Shown piece after piece: positions 26,517-34,073 of a stretch of 64,000 bases of DNA (the stretch's first letter is position 1; each line of letters begins with the position of its first letter). The DNA lies in contig CAZBXO010000003.1 in assembly GCA_964495645.1 (NCBI GenBank), forward strand, positions 1,756-65,755, written 5' to 3'. The notes below the pieces were generated by a model that worked only from the letters and a program-made list of their open reading frames with translations, was not told where the DNA came from and did not search any database. Position numbers and translations under genes: made by a program. The stretch is from an uncultured Phenylobacterium sp. GTDB taxonomy: Bacteria; Pseudomonadota; Alphaproteobacteria; Caulobacterales; Caulobacteraceae.

Positions 26517-29500
26517 CTACATCAGAAGCCGATAGTCGTAGCTGGCCTCACCGTAGGCTTCCATCAGCCGTCCGATGCGCGCGATCTTGCTGGACGTCTC
26601 GATGGTGGCGGGCACCTGCGTGTACAGGTCGAAGGTGTTCCAGTTCATCTTCGACAAGCCCAGGATCTCGCTGGCCAGCGTCTGCAGGTCGGTGGCGCCG
26701 GCATGACGGCGCAGGAGCAGGGGCGCCGGGATCCGGCGCTTGCCCTGGTAGTAGCGCCAGTTGTTGCGCAGGGCCGCGGCGCTGCCATGAACCCACAGCA
26801 GCGCCTCGTGGTCCCCAACCGGGATCACCGTGCCGCGCGCCACGGGGAAGCGGTCCACCTGCACCTGGCCGCCGACGAGCTTGGAGTTCAGGTACCGGAA
26901 CGCGTCGTCGACGGTGATCTCCACCATGTCGACTTCGGCGATGCCGTCGAGGCCCTCGATCAGGCCCTCGCGCTCGTCGCGGCGGAACTCGGTTCGCTTG
27001 TGGATCACGACCCGGCGGGGGAGGGCGCCGCGCGCCTCGAAGAACAGCTGGCGGATCGACTCGCCCACGCGCCGCGCGTCGTCGCGGGACAGGAACGCGT
27101 TGCGACGACGGCTGTCGAAGGTGGGATTCTCCACCTTGCTCAGCCGATACTGCAGGCCTTGCCCCTCGGCGTTGAAGATGTGGCTGCAGCCCAGCACGAC
27201 CTTGCGGCCATCGGGCCCATAGCGGTCGATGCTAGTGCCGAACCCGACGTAGGCGGTGTCGCCTTCGGCGGCCTTCAGCACGAACGGGGTGCGGAAGCTC
27301 TTGGCGTAGATCGCCAGCGACAGCCACCAGCGGATGCGGCAAGCCTGCGGGTCGGAGAGTGTCTCTTCATCGATAAACTGGGTGGCGACGCCGCGGCGGG
27401 CGCAGTAGGCCTTGACGAAGTCGTGCAGGTCGAACCGCTCGGCGTCCGTCTCGTAGGACCGCCAGTCCGTCCAGCGCTTGGGCGTCACGATCAAGATCAC
27501 GTTGACGCGGTTGGCGCTGCGCAGCTCCTCGATCGCCTGCACGATGGCCCGCGCCGCGAACCGCGCGCCGCGTTCCTTGCCCTCACCGGCCGTAGGTTCT
27601 TCCGGCGCACGCCACGCCGCATCGCCCGGCTGGGGGATCGCGAGCGGCAGCCCGAAGGCTTGGTGGAAGCCCGGGAACTCCATCAGGTAGTCGCGCTCGG
27701 GTTCGGCCGGCGCGGCCGGCTGCTCAAGCAGTCTGAGCCGCGCCCCCGCTGCCCGGCTTTCCGGGACCGGGCAGATCACGCCGAGCTTGATGTCCGGCAG
27801 CAAGCCGGACCGGGTGAGGCTGAAGTCGAACGGGCGGTTGGACGTGAGGCCGCGGATCGGGTGGGCGTCCGCGACGGGTCCGCCGCTAGTCTTGGCGCCG
27901 AACAGTAGCTGCGGCTCGAGCACCTTGAACCCCCGCTGCGTCGCCTTCTTCACCGCTGCGTCGGGCAGCGCGGCTTCGCCCGGGCCTGCTAGGATTGCCG
28001 CTGAGATCGGCGCGCGCTCGACCGTGAAGGCGAAGCCCGTCTCCTCGCCCGCGGGGCAGGTGAACACCACGCCGGGACCCAGCAAGGCCCGGCGCCACCG
28101 CTCGACGGCGTCGTTGAACTTGTCGTTGTGCTGGTAGCCGAAGATGCTGAGCTTCAGGGCCTTCTCGTCGTTTTCCGCCGCTGGGCCGCCCGCGGCGGTG
28201 AACACCTTCACCGTAGGCTTCATCACCAGCACCGTCTCGCGGCCGACGCGGCGGATGTAGAGCAGCACCGCGTCGCACACCTTGAAGGCGGCTCCGCCGA
28301 GGCGCCGTTCTTGCGGCTGGCTCGGGTCCCAGAGCAGCGCGCCGTCCGACTCGAGGCCTCGGCTTTCTGCGATGGAGCCGGCGAGCGCGTGCACCAGAAG
28401 GTGGGTGACCGCCCCGTCCTCGTGGCGCAGTTCGGCCGCGTCCAGGGGGACGCGAACCGGACGTTCGGCCATGACATCGGAGAACACTTCGTCGAGGGCC
28501 GACAGCGTGCCGAGCGCCCAGATGCGACCCTTGAACGGCACGGCGACGAGATCGCGGCGACCCGCGAGCCGTTCGCGCAACCAGGCCCAGGCGCCGCGCT
28601 CCGGAAACGCCGTCGGGCGAAATGCGTAGGCTTCCACCGGGCAGCGGAGCTTGAAAGCGGTGCTCTTCAGGATGCCGCCCACGCGACCCTGCGGCGCCGC
28701 AAACGGCGTAGTCCGAGCCGCTTCCGTCCCGGACTGGGCGATGATCGCCTCGGCCTCTTCGCGCGCGGCGCCGGCCAGCGTCGCAAGCGCCAGCCGCCGC
28801 ATCACGTCGTCGAAGGCAGCACCGGGGACGTAGAACGCGGTGCGCCCGGCCGCGCGGGCGATGTCGATGAGCTTGGCGACGGGCTCGGGCGCCGGACCGT
28901 CGCCATAGCCGCACCAATAGAGGACGCCGGGCCCCGCCTGGCCGTAGCTGTCTTCGAGCGCCTCCATGATCGAACGGTCCCGGCCGCTGTAGCCCAGGAC
29001 GATCAGCGGCGCTTCGCGCGCGCGATCGACGAGGGCCCGGCGCAGCTCCGCATCCAGCCGCTGGGTCTCCGCGTCGGTGTTTTTCAGCGCGTCGTAGCGG
29101 TAGTCCCCATGCAGCGCCACGCACGAGAGTTCGCCCGCCCGGTCGGCCCGGAGCACCCGTCCCGTCGTATCGAGGCCGACCTCCACGGGCGTAACGGACG
29201 TCTCCGCCAGTGCCCGGGGCAGGAGCCCATCGAAGTTCGTCGTCCAGGCCGAGCGGAGCAGCTGGCCCTGGGCCAACCGCGCCGCGAGCCGGTAGCCGCT
29301 GCTGGGCCGGGCACCCTGCACCTGACGCTGGAAGAAGGCGCGGCGGTCGTCGAGCACCGGGTAGCAGCGCTCGATGTAGAAGCCATACTCCTCCGGCCCG
29401 TCGGCGGCGGGGAACCCCGGCTGTCGGTCCAGCCAGGTCTGGATCCGCCCCTGCACCGAGGCCAGCGACAGTTCTTCGAAGCTCGGCTCGACCCCCGGAT

Positions 29501-29720
29501 GGTTGGAGAGGAAGATCGAGCGCTTCCATTGCCAGACGCAGGACGACGCCGACGGCACCTGGGACGAGATCGAGGCGCCGGCGCCGAGTAGCACCATGTG
29601 ACCCACGCGGGCGTTCACCGCGACGGACCGGACAAAGGCGTCGAGCGGCATGACGCTGGTCACCTGCCGGAGCATCCGCGCCTGCGCGCCGTCCGTGCTG
29701 ATGTCGAGGTCGTCGGCCAT
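26517..29720 (-). CDS. Single-chain SIR2-APAZ-short prokaryotic Argonaute (fused SPARSA-type), about 1067 aa
   Basis: SIR2: LLGAGASISS, WTTNFD, LHGDY, LGYSGRD. MID: DLHDFVKA...GVATQF. PIWI: YVGFGTS, RVVIHKRT, QGKRRIPAPL, SKMNWNTFDLYTQVPATI. GGGAG RBS before ATG 29720. Confidence 0.92.
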   Translation of the reverse strand: MADDLDISTDGAQARMLRQVTSVMPLDAFVRSVAVNARVGHMVLLGAGASISSQVPSASSCVWQWKRSIFLSNHPGVEPSFEELSLASVQGRIQTWLDRQPGFPAADGPEEYGFYIERCYPVLDDRRAFFQRQVQGARPSSGYRLAARLAQGQLLRSAWTTNFDGLLPRALAETSVTPVEVGLDTTGRVLRADRAGELSCVALHGDYRYDALKNTDAETQRLDAELRRALVDRAREAPLIVLGYSGRDRSIMEALEDSYGQAGPGVLYWCGYGDGPAPEPVAKLIDIARAAGRTAFYVPGAAFDDVMRRLALATLAGAAREEAEAIIAQSGTEAARTTPFAAPQGRVGGILKSTAFKLRCPVEAYAFRPTAFPERGAWAWLRERLAGRRDLVAVPFKGRIWALGTLSALDEVFSDVMAERPVRVPLDAAELRHEDGAVTHLLVHALAGSIAESRGLESDGALLWDPSQPQERRLGGAAFKVCDAVLLYIRRVGRETVLVMKPTVKVFTAAGGPAAENDEKALKLSIFGYQHNDKFNDAVERWRRALLGPGVVFTCPAGEETGFAFTVERAPISAAILAGPGEAALPDAAVKKATQRGFKVLEPQLLFGAKTSGGPVADAHPIRGLTSNRPFDFSLTRSGLLPDIKLGVICPVPESRAAGARLRLLEQPAAPAEPERDYLMEFPGFHQAFGLPLAIPQPGDAAWRAPEEPTAGEGKERGARFAARAIVQAIEELRSANRVNVILIVTPKRWTDWRSYETDAERFDLHDFVKAYCARRGVATQFIDEETLSDPQACRIRWWLSLAIYAKSFRTPFVLKAAEGDTAYVGFGTSIDRYGPDGRKVVLGCSHIFNAEGQGLQYRLSKVENPTFDSRRRNAFLSRDDARRVGESIRQLFFEARGALPRRVVIHKRTEFRRDEREGLIEGLDGIAEVDMVEITVDDAFRYLNSKLVGGQVQVDRFPVARGTVIPVGDHEALLWVHGSAAALRNNWRYYQGKRRIPAPLLLRRHAGATDLQTLASEILGLSKMNWNTFDLYTQVPATIETSSKIARIGRLMEAYGEASYDYRLLM

Positions 29721-29982
29721 TGCAAACAGCTCCCATCCCACACCTCGGGCTTGGCCGTCTGATCGACTCGGTCCACGAAGACGGAACGAGCGACGCCGTT
29801 CAAACTCGGGGTTCCTCCGGCCCGAATCAGTAGACCCGCGCCGCAAGGCGAAAAGTTAATCCTTCGTGTATCTTGGGGCAAGTGCCCCTCGCCGACGCTA
29901 CATGTGGTGTTGCCGCACCGAGAGGGTTGCTGTTTTCCACTGGCGTCAGACAGAGGCAACTTGCGGCGGGCCAGGGCTTCCA

Positions 29983-30426
29983 ATGCTTGTGGATAATCGC
30001 GAACGCCTCCGGCAGATCCTGGGCCAGGAGCACATCCCAGTCCTGATCCGGACGGTTCAATCCGGCCTTCGCATTCGGCTTCCCTTCCGGCCGTACAATC
30101 GAGCCTGGCTCAAGGGCGAGCGACGGATGAAACCGAAATGGAGCCGCGACCGGCGCTATTGGACGGTCCCGAAGGCTTGGTTCAACGCGATGGTGCAGCA
30201 GTGCCTGCAGGAATTCGGGCGGGTCTACGTGGTTCAGCCTTATCGTGAACAGGAGAAGTGCGCCCCCGCGTGCTGGAACGCGGTGGGCGACGAATGCCAA
30301 TGTTCCTGCATGGGTGAACATCACGGCAGTCAGGGACCTGCAGGGCGGTGGAAGGTGGTCTCCGATACGTTTGCGACCCAGTGGGGCGAACGTGCGGTCG
30401 CCTGTCGACTGATCAGGCGACGGTAG
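29983..30426 (+). CDS. Hypothetical protein with C-x3-C-x7-C-x-C-x-C-x3-HHG cluster
   Basis: 'EKCAPACWNAVGDECQCSCMGEHHG'; N-terminal 'KPKWSRDRRYWTVP'. Confidence 0.7.
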   Translation: MLVDNRERLRQILGQEHIPVLIRTVQSGLRIRLPFRPYNRAWLKGERRMKPKWSRDRRYWTVPKAWFNAMVQQCLQEFGRVYVVQPYREQEKCAPACWNAVGDECQCSCMGEHHGSQGPAGRWKVVSDTFATQWGERAVACRLIRRR

Positions 30427-30583
30427 GTTTCTCCATCTTGACGCCAGTGCGTCGAGCCGGGCTCAGGCTCGCCGCAGGTGCGGAGCGGACCGGACTCTGT
30501 TAGATTTGGCCTCCGCCCAGTTGGGCGCGATCCCTTCCATTGATGATCCACCGATCGATCATCAACCCGCCAGCAAAAGATTC

Positions 30584-30753
30584 TGACGGCAAATCAGACG
30601 GTGTTCACGTCTTCGCGAGTCGAAAACCGTAGGAAAATCAATTCGCTGGTGGTCTCGTTGATAATCGAGTGGGAGTGACGGAAAATTATCTAATAAAAAC
30701 AATGTGTTATTGTAATGTTCTAACCCCCAAAAGCGCGTTGATTTGGCGGTAGT
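30584..30753 (+). repeat. att-like site 1 (ICE right end / hybrid junction) with guaA-3'-end core
   Basis: Core CTCGTTGATAATCGAGTGGGAGTGA (ATC GAG TGG GAG TGA = IEWE*). Arm-like TGACGG/AGACGG at 30584/30596 and TGGCGGTAGT at 30744. IHF-like sites at 30636 and 30697. Locally AT-rich. Confidence 0.82.
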
Positions 30754-31193
30754 GGGCCTCCGGGCGGGCCGTGCTCGTGCTCGCAGAGACCGTGATCGCT
30801 GAGCACCTCGATCACCCGGCACTCGGCCGCCGTGCCGTGGCCGCAGCTTTCGATCATGCGGCGCAGTTCCGTGCGCAGGGCCTGCAGGCGGGCGAGCTTC
30901 GCCTCGACGTCGGCGAGCTGGGCGCGGGCCAGGGCGTCGGCCTCCTCGCACGGCCGCGCCGGGTCGTCCGCGAGCGCCAGAAGGGCGCGGATCGCGTCGA
31001 CCGAGAACCCGAGCTGGCGGGCGTGCTTGATGAAGGCCAGGCGCCGCAGCGCAGGGTCGCCATAGAGCCGACGATCGCTCGCGGTGCGCTCCGCCGCGGG
31101 CAGCAGTCCGATCTGCTCGTAGAAGCGGATCGTCGGGACCTTCACGACGGTCAGCTTGGCGAGCTTGCCGATGGTCATCGCAGCCTGGGTCAT
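30720..31193 (-). CDS. MerR-family heavy-metal-responsive regulator (CadR/PbrR/ZntR-like)
   Basis: 'TIRFYEQIGLL', 'LAFIKHARQLGFS', Cys in 'RPCEE' and 'SCGHGTAAECRVIE'. Confidence 0.92.
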   Translation of the reverse strand: MTQAAMTIGKLAKLTVVKVPTIRFYEQIGLLPAAERTASDRRLYGDPALRRLAFIKHARQLGFSVDAIRALLALADDPARPCEEADALARAQLADVEAKLARLQALRTELRRMIESCGHGTAAECRVIEVLSDHGLCEHEHGPPGGPLPPNQRAFGG

Positions 31194-31212
31194 GGAACGC
31201 GAAAATACGCGC

Positions 31213-31243
31213 TTGATCCTCTAGCGGCTAGAGGATGTAGGAC
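31213..31243 (+). promoter_or_regulatory. MerR-type promoter/operator 1 (czc operon)
   Basis: TTGATC, 19-bp spacer, TAGGAC; contains the dyad ATCCTCTAG-CGG-CTAGAGGAT. Confidence 0.88.
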
Positions 31244-31252
31244 TGGGGCTGG

Positions 31253-31615
31253 ATGGGAGTCGCGTCGACCCTCTGGCGGAAGGTCTGGGCCGTTTTGGCC
31301 CTGATCGTGGCGCTGAACGTCGTCTACCAGGCGGGCCCTGGGCATGCCGACAGCCAGGACTTTAGCCTGGCGTCCAACCACGCCGCCGTGGCCTTCGAAG
31401 AGCACCATCCCGGTGACGGCGACGGCGGCCACCACGGCCAGGTCGGCGGCGGTCATTGCGCCGGCCACTGCGGCGGCCATGTCGCCAAGGACGCCCCGCC
31501 GCCATCCGCGGTCGTCTTGGCCATCCCACGGGTCGCCATCGTCTACGACCTGCGGCCCGACCGCCTGCCCGACAGCGCGCTTCCGCAGCAATTGATCCGC
31601 CCCCCGTCGGCCTGA
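31253..31615 (+). CDS. Exported His/Cys-rich leader ORF ending in RPP (CzcI/DUF2946/CutF-like)
   Basis: Signal-like N-terminus, 'HH...HHG...HCAGHCGGH', C-terminal 'LIRPPSA*'; first gene of the czc operon. Confidence 0.75.
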   Translation: MGVASTLWRKVWAVLALIVALNVVYQAGPGHADSQDFSLASNHAAVAFEEHHPGDGDGGHHGQVGGGHCAGHCGGHVAKDAPPPSAVVLAIPRVAIVYDLRPDRLPDSALPQQLIRPPSA

Positions 31616-31669
31616 AGCGGCCCCGGCGCCTGCGCGCCGCCTCTCGCTTCCGTCACGATAGGGGACTTC

Positions 31670-32920
31670 ATGCCTTTCCCACACCGACGCATGGCCGCGA
31701 GCTTGCTCGCGAGCGCATGCCTGGGCGCCGGCGCGGCCGTCGCCGAACCGGCACCGCCGTTCCGGGCGCTGTTACAGCAGGCCCAGGCCGGCGCGCCACG
31801 ACCTGCGGAAGCGCGGGCCGAGGTGGCCCAGGCCGAGGGCCTGGCCCGCCAGGCCGCCGCGCTGCCCAATCCCACGGTCTCGGTCGAGGTCGAGAACTTC
31901 GCGGGCTCCGGGCCTTTCCGCGACACCGTCGCGGCCGAGACTACCGCGTTCATCGGCCAGACCCTCGAACTGGGCGGCAAGCGCGGCGCTCGGGTCGATG
32001 CGGCGCGCGCCGACGTCCGCTCGGCCGAGGCTCGCATGCGCCGCTCGGACGCTGAGTTCGCGTTCGACCTCGCCGACGCGTATGCGCGGGCGGAGGCGGC
32101 CGATCGCCAGCTGCAACTGGCGCAGGAGGCATTGGGGTTCGCGGAGGAGGACAGCCGGGTCGCCGCGGCGCTGGTGAAAGCCGGCAAGGAGGCCGACATC
32201 CGATCGGTGCAGGCGCGGGCCGTGGTCCAGGCTGCCCGCTCGGCCGTCGACGAAGCCCGAGCGGCCCGCGCCAGCGCCTTTGGCAAGCTGACGACGATCT
32301 CCGGGTCGCCGGCGCCGCTGACGTCGATCCCGGTGAGCCTGCTGGAGCACGCCGACCTGGGCGAGCCGGTGCTGAAGCCGGATCCGCTGAAGAGTCCGGC
32401 CTACCTTGCTGCCGTCGCGTCTCGGGAAGCCGCGGCACGGAAGGTCCGGATGGAGCGGCTGCGTGCGTCGCCCGACGTCACCGTCTCGCTGGGCGTCCGC
32501 CGCTTCGAGGCGGACAACAGCCGCGCGCTGGTGGCGGGCGTTTCCACCCCGTTCCCGCTGTTCGACCGCAACCGGGGCAACGTCTCGGCGGCGCAGGCCG
32601 AACTCCGAGGCGCTGAGGCCCGGCTGAACGCGGCGCGGCTGGAAGCCGAGGCCGAGGCCTCGTCCGCTGCCGCCCGCGCCGAGGCCGCGCTGACCCGGAT
32701 CGCCGCCGCCCGTGATGGTGAGGCGGCGGCCGAGGAGGCCGCCCGGCTCAGCCGCGTCGGCTACGAGGGTGGAAAGCTCTCGCTCCTGGAACTGCTCACC
32801 GCCCGCCGCGCCCTCACCGACGCGCGGCTCCAGACCATTGAAGCCCGGCTCGAGCGCCTGAGCGCCGAGGCCGCGCTCGCGCGCCTGCAGGGCGTCGCCC
32901 CCTTCGGAGACCAGCCATGA
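31670..32920 (+). CDS. czcC: TolC-family outer membrane factor CzcC
   Basis: 'LPNPTVSVEVENF', 'QTLELGGKRGAR', 'PLFDRNRGN'. Confidence 0.9.
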   Translation: MPFPHRRMAASLLASACLGAGAAVAEPAPPFRALLQQAQAGAPRPAEARAEVAQAEGLARQAAALPNPTVSVEVENFAGSGPFRDTVAAETTAFIGQTLELGGKRGARVDAARADVRSAEARMRRSDAEFAFDLADAYARAEAADRQLQLAQEALGFAEEDSRVAAALVKAGKEADIRSVQARAVVQAARSAVDEARAARASAFGKLTTISGSPAPLTSIPVSLLEHADLGEPVLKPDPLKSPAYLAAVASREAAARKVRMERLRASPDVTVSLGVRRFEADNSRALVAGVSTPFPLFDRNRGNVSAAQAELRGAEARLNAARLEAEAEASSAAARAEAALTRIAAARDGEAAAEEAARLSRVGYEGGKLSLLELLTARRALTDARLQTIEARLERLSAEAALARLQGVAPFGDQP

Positions 32921-34071
32921 GGCAGGATCGCAATCTACTTCTGGGCGGCGTGGCCGCCGCCGTCCTCGTCGCCGGCGCAGCGGGCTTCGGCCTCGCCAAG
33001 CTGACGGACAAGCCCGAGGCCGGAGCGGAGAAATCTGCGGAGGCGGAGGCCGCCCCCGGCGCGATCAAGATCGCGCCGGCGGTGCTTCAGGGCTCAGGCG
33101 TTGTCGTCGAATTGGTGCATCCGGGCGGCTTTGCCGCTGAGGTAATTGCGCCCGCGACCGTGACGGCGGCGCCGGGCGGCGAGGCGCTGGTGACCGCCCG
33201 CGCAGCGGGCGCCATCTCCCGCATCAACGTCCGGCTCGGCGACGAGGTCGGAGCCGGCCAGGTGCTGGCCGTGGTGGAGAGCCGGGAGGCAGCGCAGATC
33301 GCGGCCGACCGCGTCTCGGCGGAAGCCAAGGCGGCGTTGGCGCAGAAGACGCTGGCCCGTGAGCGGTCGCTCTTCGAGCAGCGGGTATCGCCGCGCGTCG
33401 ACTATGAGCAGGCCCAGGCGGAGGCCCAGCTTGCGGCGGCCGAGGTTCGACGGGCCCAAGTCGCAGCCGGCGCGGCAAAGGTCACGCGCGACGGCCGCGG
33501 CGTTCTTGTGGTCAGCCCCATCGCGGGACGCGTAACGTCGATGGCGGCCAACCTCGGCAACTACGTTCAGCCTGAGGCCGAGCTGTTCCGGGTCGCCAAT
33601 CCCGGCCGGGTGCAGATCGAGGCGGCGCTGCCAGCGGACGAGGCGATGCGCGTGAAGCCGGGCGACCGGGCGCACGTGGACCTGCCGGACGGGCGATCCA
33701 TCGAGATGGCTGTCCGCAGTGTCACGCCGTCGCTGAGCGCGGAGAGCCGCACGGCGACGGCGGTGCTGGACGCGCCCGGGCTGCAGCTGACGCCAGGCCA
33801 GACCGGGCGGGCGCGGATCTTCCTGCGCGACGTCGCCCCGGTCCCCGGCGCCATCGTCGTCGACGAGGAGGCCGTGCAGTCGGTTGGCGGACGGGACGTC
33901 GTGTTCGTCCGCACCGCTGACGGGTTCAGCGTGCGGCCGGTCATCCGCGGCCGCGCCAGCGCCGGTCGCATCGAGATCCTGTCCGGCCTCGCCGCCGGGC
34001 AGCAGATCGCCACCCGCAACGCCTTCCTGCTCAAGGCCGAGCTGGGCAAGGGCGAAGGCGAGGAGGAGTAG
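32917..34071 (+). CDS. czcB: RND periplasmic adaptor CzcB
   Basis: Membrane-fusion protein motifs 'VVSPIAGRV', 'NAFLLKAELGK'. Confidence 0.9.
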   Translation: MRQDRNLLLGGVAAAVLVAGAAGFGLAKLTDKPEAGAEKSAEAEAAPGAIKIAPAVLQGSGVVVELVHPGGFAAEVIAPATVTAAPGGEALVTARAAGAISRINVRLGDEVGAGQVLAVVESREAAQIAADRVSAEAKAALAQKTLARERSLFEQRVSPRVDYEQAQAEAQLAAAEVRRAQVAAGAAKVTRDGRGVLVVSPIAGRVTSMAANLGNYVQPEAELFRVANPGRVQIEAALPADEAMRVKPGDRAHVDLPDGRSIEMAVRSVTPSLSAESRTATAVLDAPGLQLTPGQTGRARIFLRDVAPVPGAIVVDEEAVQSVGGRDVVFVRTADGFSVRPVIRGRASAGRIEILSGLAAGQQIATRNAFLLKAELGKGEGEEE

Positions 34072-34073
34072 CC

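Larger units (their letters stand above)
1..30678. mobile_element. Right portion of a trb-type integrative conjugative element (Tn4371/ICEMlSym-like), probably integrated at the guaA 3' end; integrase and attL lie upstream of the window
   Basis: Contiguous ParB-like, ArdC, DUF2285 regulators, RdfS, DUF2840, TraF, transglycosylase, relaxase, TraG, CopG, trbBCDEJKLFGI and DUF2274 genes. Ends at an att-like site containing GAGTGGGA (30667-30674). Confidence 0.88.

Noticed and set aside
26517-27400. Catalytically active (slicer) Argonaute
   Set aside because: The expected acidic tetrad positions appear substituted (YVGFG, IHKR), as in short pAgos.
27886-29736. 616-aa alternative-frame ORF overlapping the pAgo, and many similar long overlapping or antisense ORFs across the window
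   Set aside because: Arg/Gly/Pro-rich shadow translations expected in high-GC DNA; no motifs, and they overlap well-supported genes.
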